A stretch of DNA of 20,000 bases from contig NC_057718.1 in the NCBI RefSeq assembly GCF_004010195.1, forward strand, positions 97,136,254 to 97,156,253, given 5' to 3'. Every line of letters starts with the position of its first letter. The first letter of the stretch is position 1. The DNA comes from Chiloscyllium plagiosum (lineage: Eukaryota). The notes under the pieces are model-generated. The model had not been told where the DNA came from. It made no database searches and saw only the letters and a list, made by a program, of their open reading frames with translations. This document shows, piece by piece, positions 10,179 through 20,000 of this stretch. The translations under genes were made by a program, and so were the position numbers.

Positions 10179-10318
10179 GGAGAAAGTGAGGACTGGAGAT
10201 GTTGGAGGTCAAAGTCGAGAGTGTGGTGCTGGAAAAGCACAGCAGTTCAGGTAGCATCCAAGGAGCTGGAGAATTGATGTTTTGGGTATAGCCATTTATC
10301 AGGATTGTGGAATGTGGA
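10179..10318 (-). mobile_element. Solo pLTR-derived short element with TSD
   Basis: ggagaaagtgaggactg...tttatcagga. Direct repeat atatgtggaactt(gga) at 10166-10181 and 10319-10334. Hammerhead core decayed (CUGAUAA, AAAA). Confidence 0.87.
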
Positions 10319-10734
10319 ATATGTGGAACTTGGACATAGGCAGAACTCTGGAGTACTCCTCCTAGGAACAGTCTTTTGTATTCTGAAACGTATCTTCTGA
10401 TGTCAGTTAATAATAACTGCCTTACTCAATGCAGTAGCTCCACTATCCCAGGGGAAGGAGTTGGTGTCATTGCACAGAGCGCCCCTTTCCGATCACTGTC
10501 TTGTGATTCCATGCTCCAGCGTGCGTTAGTTTGAGGACTGGGTCAGTGGGCTGCCCTTAATATTCAATGAGACTACCAGTAAAAGCTGGGTAACACTGAA
10601 AGGTTGGTCATCTCGAGCATCTGTGAAACTGTAGATCCCAGCCTGACCAAGCGTCTCCAGGAGACAGGGAGAAATTGACTGAGTTTGCGATAATTATTCA
10701 CAAGACCTAGCTCCCGGAGCAATCCATAAGAGAA

Positions 10735-12400
10735 CAAACTCCTGATGGATTTCACCTCAGGTGTGAATGAGATTTGGATGTGTTGGTGTTAACTTTCCAA
10801 AAATTGCTCGATTTGGAATGGTTCCATCGGAAAGGAGCGAGGGGACAGTGAACAGGAAACTTGACATTTGTCATGGGAGACTTTGAATTGGTTACCCAGG
10901 AGGCCTTAGCTAGGCACTTTGAAAAACACAGCGTAATCAGGAAGCGTTGGCAAGGTTTATGAAAGGGAAATCATATTTAATCATTTTGTAGGAGTTATTT
11001 AATGGAGTACAATGCAGTGAAGATAAAGGGGTGCCTACACAGGGACTGCCCTTGGATTTCCAAAGTGTATTTGGCAAGGCATCACACATAAAAAATTGTT
11101 TTGCAAAGTTATAGCACATGGTGTTGGGGTAGCATATTAACACCGATAAAAGATTGGCTGGCTGGAAGAGAATAGAGAGGATACATAAATTCTCATTGAC
11201 AGGATGTTATGGGTAGAATTCATTTGCTAATGGCTTGAAGATGGAGAGGGAAGTATAGTGTGAAGAGTACATAAATAGGTTGCAGACCAATGCGGATAGA
11301 TTGAGCAAGTAGGCAAACATCTGACAGAAGGAGTAGAATGCGGGAAAATGTGAGATTGTTCACATTGGTGGGAGTTAGTGTTCAGGTACAGCAAGTGCTT
11401 AAGAAGGCTGTTGGGATGCTATACTATGTTATCAAAGAAATTGAAAATAAAAGTCATGATGTTATCCTTCAGTTGTACAGGATATCAGTAAGACCACATG
11501 TCAATTTTCCTTTCCTTATTTAAGGAAGGATGTGGATATATTGGATATGGGATAGGAGGAGGTTAGGGAGAGGTTGAATGGGCTGGGTGTGTTTTCCCTA
11601 GAGCGTCAGAGGCTAAGGGGTGACTCTGTAGAGGTTTATAAAATCGTGAGGAGCATAGATAGAGTAAATAGACAAAATCTTTTCCCTGGGTTGGAGGAGT
11701 CCAGAACTAGAGGGCATAGGTTTAGGGTGACAGGGAAAGTTTTTTAAAGGGGCATAAGGGGCAGCGTTTTCACCCAGAGGATGGTGCGTGTGTGGAATGA
11801 GCTGCCAGAGGAAGTGGTGGAGAATGGTACAATTGCAATATTTAAAAGGCATCTGGATGGGTATATGAATAAGAAGGATTTAGAGGGCCAAGTGCCGGCA
11901 ATTGGGACTAGATTAATTTCAGATATCTGGTCAGCGTGGATGAGGTGAACCGAAGGGTCTGTTTCCATGCTGTGCATCTCTATGACTCTACTATATTGGT
12001 ACATGGAATGAGTGGGTGTCTAATAAGGATGGGTTGAACAGTCTGGGCATGTATCCACTAGATTTTGGAACAGTGAGAGGTGACCTGAATAGAACTTATA
12101 CGTTTTGTTTATAGTCTTGATAGGTGAATATGTAAAGGGTGTTTCCTTTTTTGGGTGAGTCCAGGGTGATGGAATTAGGGGTGACCCCTTGAGGACAGAG
12201 ATGAGAATATTTCTCTCTCAGATAGTTGTGTGAAATGGGACACTCTGCCTCCGAAGTTGGAGCCAGGGTTTCTGAATCCTTTTAAGGCTGAGGTGGATAG
12301 ATTTTTCTTATGCATCGGATTGGAGGGTTCGCGGGGTCAATGGGAATGTGGAATTCTAGGCATACACAGAATTGCCATGGTCGTGTGCAGGCTTGAAGAG
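10735..12400 (+). mobile_element. Old CR1 LINE (RT domain to 3' UTR), heavily frameshifted with internal deletions, interrupted at ~11550-11990
   Basis: Ordered motifs PDGFHLR, GFMKGKS, LDFQSVFGKASH, IKDWL, KCEIVH, VQVQQVLKKAVGML...LQLYRISVRPH, PYLRKDV, VRGDL. Confidence 0.85.
11550..11990 (+). mobile_element. Younger CR1 (HER1-like) 3' end
   Basis: RLRGDSVEVYKIVRSIDRV...SRTRGHRFRV...FTQRMVRVWNELPEEVVE...FKRHLD. Tail gaagggtctgtttccatgctgt...ctatgactcta is similar to the HE1 tail. Confidence 0.9.
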
Positions 12401-12508
12401 TTTTCCTTGAATTCAAGGTATTTTCCCCAGGGTAGGGGAGTCTAAAACTAGAGGGCATGGGTTTAAGGTGAGAGGGAAATGGTTCAAAAGGCCCCTGAGG
12501 GGTAACTT

Positions 12509-12849
12509 AGGGGTGGTATCGTGGCTCAGTGGTTAGCACTGCTGCCTCACAGTGCCAGGGACCCAAGTTCAATTCCAGGCAACTGTCTGTGTGGAGTTTG
12601 CACATTCTCCCTATGTCTGTGTGGGTTTCCTCTGGGCACTCTGGTTTCCTCCCATAGTCCAAAGATGTGCAGGTTAGGGTGGATTGGCCAAAGCTAAATT
12701 GTCCATGGTGTTCAGAGATATGTCGGTTAGGTGCATTAGTGAGGAGTAAATACAGGGTGGGGGAATGAGTCTGGGTAGGTTACACTTCGGAGGGTTGGTG
12801 TGGACTTCTTGGGCCAAATGGCCTGTTTACACACTGTAGGGGTTCGATG
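12509..12849 (+). mobile_element. Near full-length HE1-type V-SINE
   Basis: A box tggctcagtgg, B box gttcaattcc, V-domain and tail. Short duplication aactt at 12504-12508 and 12850-12854. Confidence 0.93.
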
Positions 12850-12927
12850 AACTTTTTCCCGTGAACATGATGCATGTATGGAATGATTTGCCTGGGGAAG
12901 AGGTGGAGGCTGGTACAATTACAGCAT

Positions 12928-13141
12928 GGAGAAACTGAGGACTGCAGATGCTGGCGATCAGAGTTGAAAAGTGTGGTGCTGGAAAAGCACAGCAGGTCAG
13001 GCAGCATCCGAGGAGCAGGAGAGTTGACGTTTCGGGTGTGAGCCCGGCATTCCTGATGAAGAGCTTATGTCCCAAATATCGACACTCCTGCTCTTCAGAT
13101 ACTGTCTGATCTGCTGTGCTTTTCACCACACTTTTTGACTC
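12928..13141 (-). mobile_element. Fold-back pLTR-derived short element with 13-bp TSD
   Basis: Arms ~12961-13045 and ~13061-13141. TSD acaattacagcat (12915-12927) / acagttacaacat (13142-13154). Two broken head-to-head hammerhead motifs at the centre. Confidence 0.88.
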
Positions 13142-14087
13142 ACAGTTACAACATTTAAAAGGCATCTGGATGGGCACATGAATAGGAAGGATTTGGAGGG
13201 AGATTGGTCAAATGCTGGCAACTGGGGCAAGATTAATTTAAGATATCTGATCAGCATGGACAAGTTGAACCGAAGGGTCTGTTTCCGTGCTGTATACCTC
13301 TGTGACTCTGTGATTGTATCTGAAGCCTGTATTCACCCCTGTGCATATGTAAACATATGTAAACTAGTAAAAAGCCACCCTTTACTGTTTATCCAATGCC
13401 GTAACATGAATGATCGAATTTTCCTCTGTGCTGTGTCTTTGCATTGTGGAATTGCATGTACTTGCTTCTGACACAATCCAGTCTCAGCATCATTCCTACT
13501 TCACAATAAGGAAGTGCCACTTTGCGCAAGCTGCTCGATCCACACATTCAATCCCACATTGTTCAATTTAGTTGTTTAGCCACTGCTGGAGAACTTGCTC
13601 TGTGTTTTGCATGAGACCTACGCACACAGCGAATAATATTGAAGGCTAACAGCATTTTCTTTCGAAGTCAAGTGGTTTGTGCAGCAAGATGGAGAGACTG
13701 AGCTTCATTCTATTTGCTTTTGAAGGGGAAAGGAGAGAATGTAATTGTTTTCTTCTGGAGATATTTGCTATTTCCCCAGAAGTTGTCATCACGTCGGTAT
13801 AAATGTGCATGAACATTGGTTCATCCGGTACATTGTGCTGCATGTTTTGTGTGCACACTTGATAATCTGCGATGGTAGAATTAGGAAGCAAAGCTGCTGT
13901 GAGGTGTAGAGATCTGGGTATTGTAAAGAGTTCCATTCACTAAATATGTATTCAGTCTGAAGAGGATGATTGCAATACAGACTTGAGTCAAATAGACTAT
14001 TCCTGATCCATACACTTGTAATAAAAGATGCTTAATTCATTTTGAAACAGGACAATGGCAAGAAGCGCTAGACAGAATCTTTTGTAT

Positions 14088-14417
14088 AATTCATTGGATG
14101 AAGGTACCACTGGCTAGGTCAACATTCATTACCCATCCCTAATTATCCAGAGGACAGTTAAAAGTCAATCCACGATGCTGTGGGTCTGGAATCACATGAA
14201 GCCAGACCATAATAAGGATGGCCAGTTTCCTTCTCGAAGGGACATGAATGAACACAATCAGTTTTTTTCCTAACCACAGTTATCATTAGACTCTTACTTC
14301 CAGCTATTTATTGAATTCAACTTCCACCATTTGCTATGGGGGGATTCAAACACAGGTCCCCACAACATTACCTGGGTTAGCAGCCCAGCAATAATACCAC
14401 AAGGGCATTGCCTCCCC
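14088..14417 (-). mobile_element. tRNA-derived SINE of another family, near full length
   Basis: Reverse complement begins gggaggcaatgcccttgtggtattattgct and has a B-box-like gtttgaatcc. Body and tail resemble a recalled shark SINE; family name uncertain. Confidence 0.75.
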
Positions 14418-14734
14418 TATGCCATCGTGGCCTGTGTTGTTCAGTATTCCCAATTCTCCCGAACTTCCAAAATGCACAAACAGTGATGGCTTGAGCATCC
14501 TTAGCTTCTGAATATCGTCTTAGAGCCGGCAACTGGACGAAGGTTTCAGTGAGAATGCAGAATTCCAGAGATCATTGACTGTGGTGCTTATAAAGTTTTT
14601 ATTCAGCCAGCCAAGAAGCTAGTGTGTGTTTAAAAGTGTGTAAAATTAGTGGAGAGTTTAGAGACTAGCAACTCCATCCAACTTGCCCTTCACGCTAATG
14701 CCCGAAGCAGTGTTGATTGAACCCATTCAGTATT

Positions 14735-14962
14735 TCGGCAGGAGAACCAAGGCTGAAATGAGGAAAACTTATTTTTATGTGTAGAGCGTTTAAGACTGGG
14801 AACAGACAGCCCAAGAGTGTGGCAGGGGCACCTTCGATGGTGGCTTTCAAAATGGTGCTGGATAACGATCTGCAGGGCTGTGGGGACGCAGTGGTGGGGT
14901 GGGACTCGCAGTGAGGCATCACAGTCCATTGGGTCAAATGGCCTCTTTCTGTGCTGTTGTAC
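14735..14962 (+). mobile_element. Decayed CR1 3' end
   Basis: GRRTKAEMRKTYF-like translation; tail tgggtcaaatggcctctttctgtgctgt. Confidence 0.65.
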
Positions 14963-15434
14963 ATCTTCTCTCCATCTTGCAACCCCATCGCCCTTGACTA
15001 GGCATTCTTTTAGGTGAATTCTAAAACAGAGAGAAGGGGAATTGAACTTGGAAATGTCAGTGTGATTTGGGTCCTTTTTGGCTGTTCCTGATTCTGGTTT
15101 AGAATCCTGAATACATTATTGGGGACCGTGCTGAAGAGTAGTGAGGCCTTGTCCTGGAGCAGCTCCTCAAAGTCCACACATTACCTGGTGTTTTGTGAAT
15201 GACACTGTGTAGATTGTTGACCATTTTTTGCTTTGAAAAAGGACCAGCTAAAACATAACGAGGGCTGCTGGGAGAGGTTCCAGTGGGTGCTGTGGTCTGC
15301 ACTGTCACGGTAATCAGCTCTAGTGTTCTCCAGAGCTTTGTCCTGGATCTCAGACCATTGTCCTGCCCATTCACGATAGATGTCAACTTTGGAAACATTG
15401 AACGTACCAGGTCTTTTTGGACCACACACAGTGT

Positions 15435-15735
15435 ATGCTGAGAGGATGTTTCCTATTGTAAGTGAGACTGGAACCAGGGGCAATGTTTAAAAATGAGGTG
15501 GCTCCCCTTTAAGACAGAGGTGAGGAGAAATAGTTTCACTGCGTGTCATGGATCTGTTGGACTGTCCAGAATAGGGTGGAGACAGTTCCTGACAAGGGAG
15601 TCGAAGCAAACTGAGAGGGATTGGCATGAAAGTGGAATTGAGGCCACATTTTGATCAGCTATGGCCTTATCAAATGACAGTATAGGTGTGAAGGGTCAAA
15701 TAGCTTACTCCTGCTCCTGGCCTGTCTGCTCATAA
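15435..15735 (+). mobile_element. Decayed CR1 3' end
   Basis: ERMFPIVSETGTRG...PFKTEVRRNSF; tail gaagggtcaaatagcttactcctgctcct. Confidence 0.72.
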
Positions 15736-15802
15736 ATGACTTGAGGAGTGTCCTCAGCATTTGATTATTTCCAAAGAACTGCTTTGAACTGGAGAGACTG
15801 AT

Positions 15803-16812
15803 CATGACCCTGTGGCTCATGCCCCCATGACCCTGTGGCTCAAGCTCCCCAGGACCCTGTGGCTCATGCCCCCCCCCCCCATGACCCTGTGGCTCATGTT
15901 CCCATGACCCTGTGGCTCATGCCCCCCAGGACCCTGTGGCTCATGCCCCCCAGGACCCTGTGGCTCATGCCCCCCATGACCCTGTGGCTCATGCCCCCCA
16001 NNNNNNNNNNNNNNNNNNNNNNNNNNNNNNNNNNNNNNNNNNNNNNNNNNNNNNNNNNNNNNNNNNNNNNNNNNNNNNNNNNNNNNNNNNNNNNNNNNNN
16101 NNNNNNNNNNNNNNNNNNNNNNNNNNNNNNNNNNNNNNNNNNNNNNNNNNNNNNNNNNNNNNNNNNNNNNNNNNNNNNNNNNNNNNNNNNNNNNNNNNNN
16201 NNNNNNNNNNNNNNNNNNNNNNNNNNNNNNNNNNNNNNNNNNNNNNNNNNNNNNNNNNNNNNNNNNNNNNNNNNNNNNNNNNNNNNNNNNNNNNNNNNNN
16301 NNNNNNNNAGGACTCTGTGGCTCATGCCCCCCCATGACCCTGTGGCTCACGTTCCCATGACCCTGTGGCTCAAGCACCCATGGCCCAGTGGCTCATGCCT
16401 CCCATTACCCTTTGGCCATGCCCCCCATCAACCTGTGGCTCATGTCCCCCATGACCCTATGGTTCATGCTCCCCATGACCCTGTGGCTCATGCCCCCATG
16501 ACCCTGTGGCTCATGCCCCCATGACCCTGTGGCCCATGCCCCCCATGACCCTGTGGCTCATGCCCCCCATGACCCTGTGGCTCATGCCCCCATGACCCTG
16601 TGGCCCATGCCCCCCACGCCCCTGAGGCTCATGCCTCCCATGACCCTGTGGCCCATGCCCCCCCATGACCCTGTGGCTCATGTCCCCATGACCCTGTGGC
16701 CCATGCCCCCCCATGACCCTGTGGCTCATGTCCCCATGACTCTGTGGCCCATGTCCCCCATGACCCTGTGGCTCATGCCCCCCATGACCCTGTAGCTCAT
16801 GTCCCCATGACC
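15803..16812. repeat. Minisatellite, ~23-25-nt unit CATGACCCTGTGGCTCATG(C)n
   Basis: Tandem copies are directly visible on both sides of the N gap, with a variable C-run. Confidence 0.97.
16001..16308. other. Assembly gap (308 N) inside the minisatellite
   Basis: Run of n characters. Confidence 0.99.
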
Positions 16813-16985
16813 TGGCAGCCTATTATCCCATTCCCTTGTCGGTCATGTTCCATGCTGGCTCGCAATAAGAATATTGGATGGCAGAGCAAATTGATAGAGC
16901 TGAACGAACCAGCTTCTGGTGCTATGACACGTGCTTCCTCATTCGCTATTTGGAAATCATAGCTTTGTGACAGTTATTTATACTT

Positions 16986-17198
16986 TTTGATTTGATTTAT
17001 TATTGCCACATGTACCGAGATACAATGAAAAATATTGTTTTGTGTGCTATCTGGGCAAATCATAACTTACATAAGTACAGGAGGGTCATAGAGCAGAATC
17101 AAGTATCACAGTGACAGAAAAGGTGCAGTGAAAGATCACCTTTAACCTACGAGGGGTCTGTTCAAGAGTAGGGAAGAAGCTGTTCTTGAATCTGTTAA
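16986..17198 (-). mobile_element. Rex1/Babar-like LINE 3' end
   Basis: gggaagaagctgttcttgaatctgtt reverse-complements to NRFKNSFFP. The element ends aataaatcaaatcaaa on the minus strand. Confidence 0.7.
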
Positions 17199-18342
17199 TT
17201 TGAGGGCCGACTGAGCTCTTATTACTCAGCAGTTTGCATTTACGTCCTTTGCCTCACTCATTTGGCTGATGTTAATGCCCGAGTATTGGCAGTGAGCTGT
17301 GGCAGGTGGTACAGTCATGGTGGTAGTGTTTGGTGGGACTGGCTTTTGCACTGAACCATCAATCTGACCTCACTTGACACTTGCACGTGGAACCTCTCCA
17401 GTGGAGTCTCGAACAGGAATATAATCACTGCTACAGGGGTTCTTTACCTCATTGAGGAGTGCACTTGCTAACTGAGCCACAAAGGGATGATCAGCTTAGA
17501 TTATCTACTGTAGGGGGAGAAAAAAGTGCATTGTCCCAAACGATTAGATGTCAATGCGCCAATACAAACCACACCTGGGAATGCAGTGAGTGCCCGTGTG
17601 GAAAATGAATGGATTTGAGTCCACTTGTTGAATTTGCTAATTGTTGGGACGGCTACTCACTTGAACAAAATGACTGCTTGGTAAATCCTCCTCCAGGAGA
17701 CACGTTTTCAAGCTTCATGGGGCAAAAGGAAAGCCATCCGAAGCCTTTCATTTTAAAAAAAAAATGAAAGACGATGAATTGACTTGGGCCAGCATTGGTG
17801 GCACACTGATGCTGACATCTTGTTTAACTTCTGTGTAGAGGGAGGAGATTAGCAGGCTGCAAAATGAAAGACGATCAGGTTTGATTCTGTAGCAAGTTTC
17901 TCTGATTTCAGCCTCGCCTGCAGAGTTATCCGTTTGGCAGTTTGCTTGCATTTAAAGGGAAACAAAATACTGAGTTAAGTAGCAGCATTTACAGATTGCC
18001 TAGATTGGTTAAATTGTAAACCATAATTAAGACCCATCACTGGAGTCTTGTATTGCCGAGGGCAGTAACAAATCTTCTGAGCTTCCAGACTTAATTTATT
18101 GCTTGTTGGGCTAGAAGCAGAGCTGTTGAGTTTTCAGAGCTGCCATACTGTGAATTTCTCATTGTGATCACCATTCCCTGTGTGCTTGTTCATGCCCCCC
18201 CCCACCTTTGCTGGCAGCTATTTATATCTGCTGACCTCAGTTTTGAACTCTCTGCTACCTGCTGTGAAGCCTTCCTTTTGTCAAGCAGATCAGGAAATTG
18301 AAGGCAAAGGATGGAGTTTCCTTCAGGCCTCTGTTACATGAA

Positions 18343-18825
18343 GATCATAGAATGCCCACAGTGCAGTTACAGGCTATTTGGCCCATCGAGTCTGCACTGA
18401 CCCTCCAAAGGGCATCCCAGCCAGACCCAGCTCCCTCACCCTCTCCCAGTAACTCCCTATTTCCTGTGGCTACCTCACCGAGCCTACATATCCCTCGGCA
18501 CTACCAGACAATTTAGCATGGCCAATCCACTTAATCTGCACATAGGTGCATTGAATCGCTACAGTGTGGAAGCAGGTCAGTTGCCCTATTGAGTCTTCAC
18601 CACCTTTCTGAATAACCTCTCACCCAGACCCACCCTTGTCCCTGTAACCCTGCATTTCCCAGGACTAACCCACTCAACTTGCACATCTTCGGACTGTGGG
18701 AGGAAACCCACGCAGATACTGGGAGAATGTGCAAACGCTATCCAGGCAGTCACCCGAGGCTGGAATCGAACCAGGATTTCTGGCGCTGTGAGGTAGCAGT
18801 GCTAACCACTGAGCCACCGTGCTGC
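18343..18825 (-). mobile_element. HE1-type V-SINE composite: one tRNA head and two tandem 3' halves
   Basis: Head with A/B boxes at ~18760-18825, V-domain, tail ending ~18548, then a second body and tail at 18343-18543. Confidence 0.85.
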
Positions 18826-19140
18826 TGCAAGATGCTCACGGATGCTTCGTTCCAAAACACTGAGCAAAAACAGCAAATCGTTGAATTTATGTAGCACCTC
18901 TTGTGAACTCCCAAACCCCGATTGTTGTTATGCATCTTTGTATCTGAAGGGTCTGAGCAGCAAAGAGCCAATCATCCTGATTGACTCCAATGTGCACGTG
19001 ATACTCTATCATATGTTCATGGAGATACTGTAGCTGTCTTAGGAGAAGATTCATGACTGAGAGGGAAGAGTAGCCCAGAGATACTACTAATGTCTTTTCA
19101 CAATCTATCCATGAACTGGGTTTGAACTTCAGTTTCAAAC

Positions 19141-19396
19141 CTGTATTGAAAATGAAATAGCAACAGAAATTGCTGGAAAAGCTCAACAGGTCTGGCAGCA
19201 TCTGGAGAGAAATCAATGTTAACATTTCAGGTCCAGTGACCCTTCCTGAGAACTTCAGTCCTGAAGGAAAAATCACTTGACCTGAAACGTTAACTCTGAT
19301 TTCCCTCCACAGTTAACTGCCAGACCTGCTGAGCTTTTCCAGCAATTTCTCTCTTTGTTTCCGATTTTACAGCATCCGCAGTTTTTTTTTCGGTTT
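19141..19396 (+). mobile_element. Fold-back pLTR-derived element of a divergent subfamily with two head-to-head hammerhead remnants
   Basis: Arms ~19165-19254 and ~19258-19351. Minus: agtt-CTCAGGA-agggtc-actg-gacct-GAAA-tgTT-aac. Plus: CTGAAGGA...gacct-GAAA-cgTT-aact. Direct repeat ggtttgaacttca at 19119-19131 and 19392-19404. Confidence 0.82.
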
Positions 19397-19699
19397 GAAC
19401 TTCACGTCTGAAATGTTTGTTTTTATATTTAGGCTGTTAGAGTGGGAGGGAAAGAGGCGGCAATGAAAAATCTCTGTGTATGGCCAATTGACAGATTGTG
19501 AATTCAATTCTGTTGCTTATTTTGCATCTTTTATATTACAGTTAGAAGGTGTAGAAGAACCCTAGGCAAAATGAATGACATATCAAATAAATTATGAAAA
19601 GCATGCTAACAGTGAAAGTACCATTCTACAGTGGCAAGCTATTCTTAACCTGCCTGTTACATGCTCACCTTTGCAGGTTTCTGTCATTGTTTAGTTTCT

Positions 19700-19788
19700 T
19701 ATAGAATTCCTACTGTGTTGGAACAGGCCATTTAGCCCCAACAAGTCCACACCAATCCTCTGAAGAGTAACCCACCCAAACCCATTAC
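19700..19788 (-). mobile_element. HE1 SINE 3' tail, cut off by a CR1 insertion
   Basis: Matches 3445-3530. Confidence 0.85.
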
Positions 19789-19790
19789 TT

Positions 19791-20000
19791 TAGAACATAG
19801 AACATAGAAGAATACAGCGCAGTACAGGCCCTTCGGCCCTTGATGTTGCGCCGATCCAAGCCCACCTAACCTACATTAGCCCACTATCCTCCATATGCCT
19901 ATCCAATGCCCGCTTAAATGCCCATAATGAGGGAAAGTCCACCACTGCTACTGGCAGGGCAGTCCATGAACTCACGACTCGCTGAGTAAAGAACATACCC
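19791..20000 (-). mobile_element. Young CR1 LINE 3' end running off the window
   Basis: Open frame 19999-19871(-) GMFFTQRVVSSWTALPVAVVDFPSLWAFKRALDRHMEDSGLM*. Tail is (tagaaca)2 on the + strand. Confidence 0.9.

Larger units (their letters stand above)
12415..13313 (+). mobile_element. Second HER1-like CR1 3' end, split by a SINE and a fold-back element
   Basis: Segments 12415-12508, 12850-12927 and 13142-13313 are collinear with 11675-11990. Confidence 0.88.

Noticed and set aside
11537..11999. tatattgg as TSD of the younger CR1
   Set aside because: The right-hand copy aligns with expected older CR1 sequence, so the 8-nt match may be coincidental.
15803..16812. CRISPR-like array of palindromic repeats, and long repetitive ORFs (HDPVAHAP, GGHEPQGH)
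   Set aside because: There are no unique spacers and no cas genes, and the context is a vertebrate intron. The ORFs are artefacts of a stop-poor repeat plus the N gap.
17200..17480. Possible ancient minus-strand SINE ending gctaactgagccac
   Set aside because: Only an A-box-like motif is recognisable, which is too little to annotate.
668..19296. Selection against sense-strand hammerheads in the host pre-mRNA
   Set aside because: All sense copies are broken, but so are most antisense copies. The sample is too small and CpG decay explains several lesions.

Overview
Eukaryotic, repeat-dense intronic DNA. The repeat complement (HE1-type V-SINEs, CR1/HER1-like LINEs) points to a cartilaginous fish, probably a shark; this is inferred from recalled family sequences, not a database search. 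The only host coding sequence found is a 69-nt phase 0/0 exon at 5218-5286 (+), ETDLLEISLVKDARTGKYARNPK. It matches exon 3 (PH domain) of phospholipase C beta, most likely PLCB1, and the ORF track misses it. The rest is nested retroelement debris (HE1 SINEs, two other tRNA-SINEs, CR1, L2 and Rex1/Babar LINE pieces, Penelope-like GIY-YIG fragments) plus a ~24-nt minisatellite spanning an assembly gap. The most notable signal is a family of short (~115-255 nt) Penelope-pLTR-derived insertions. Four of six fold back on themselves, most carry minimal hammerhead-ribozyme motifs (one with an intact catalytic core, 4355-4392 on -), and five are flanked by ~13-bp direct repeats. None of the listed ORFs looks like a real gene.
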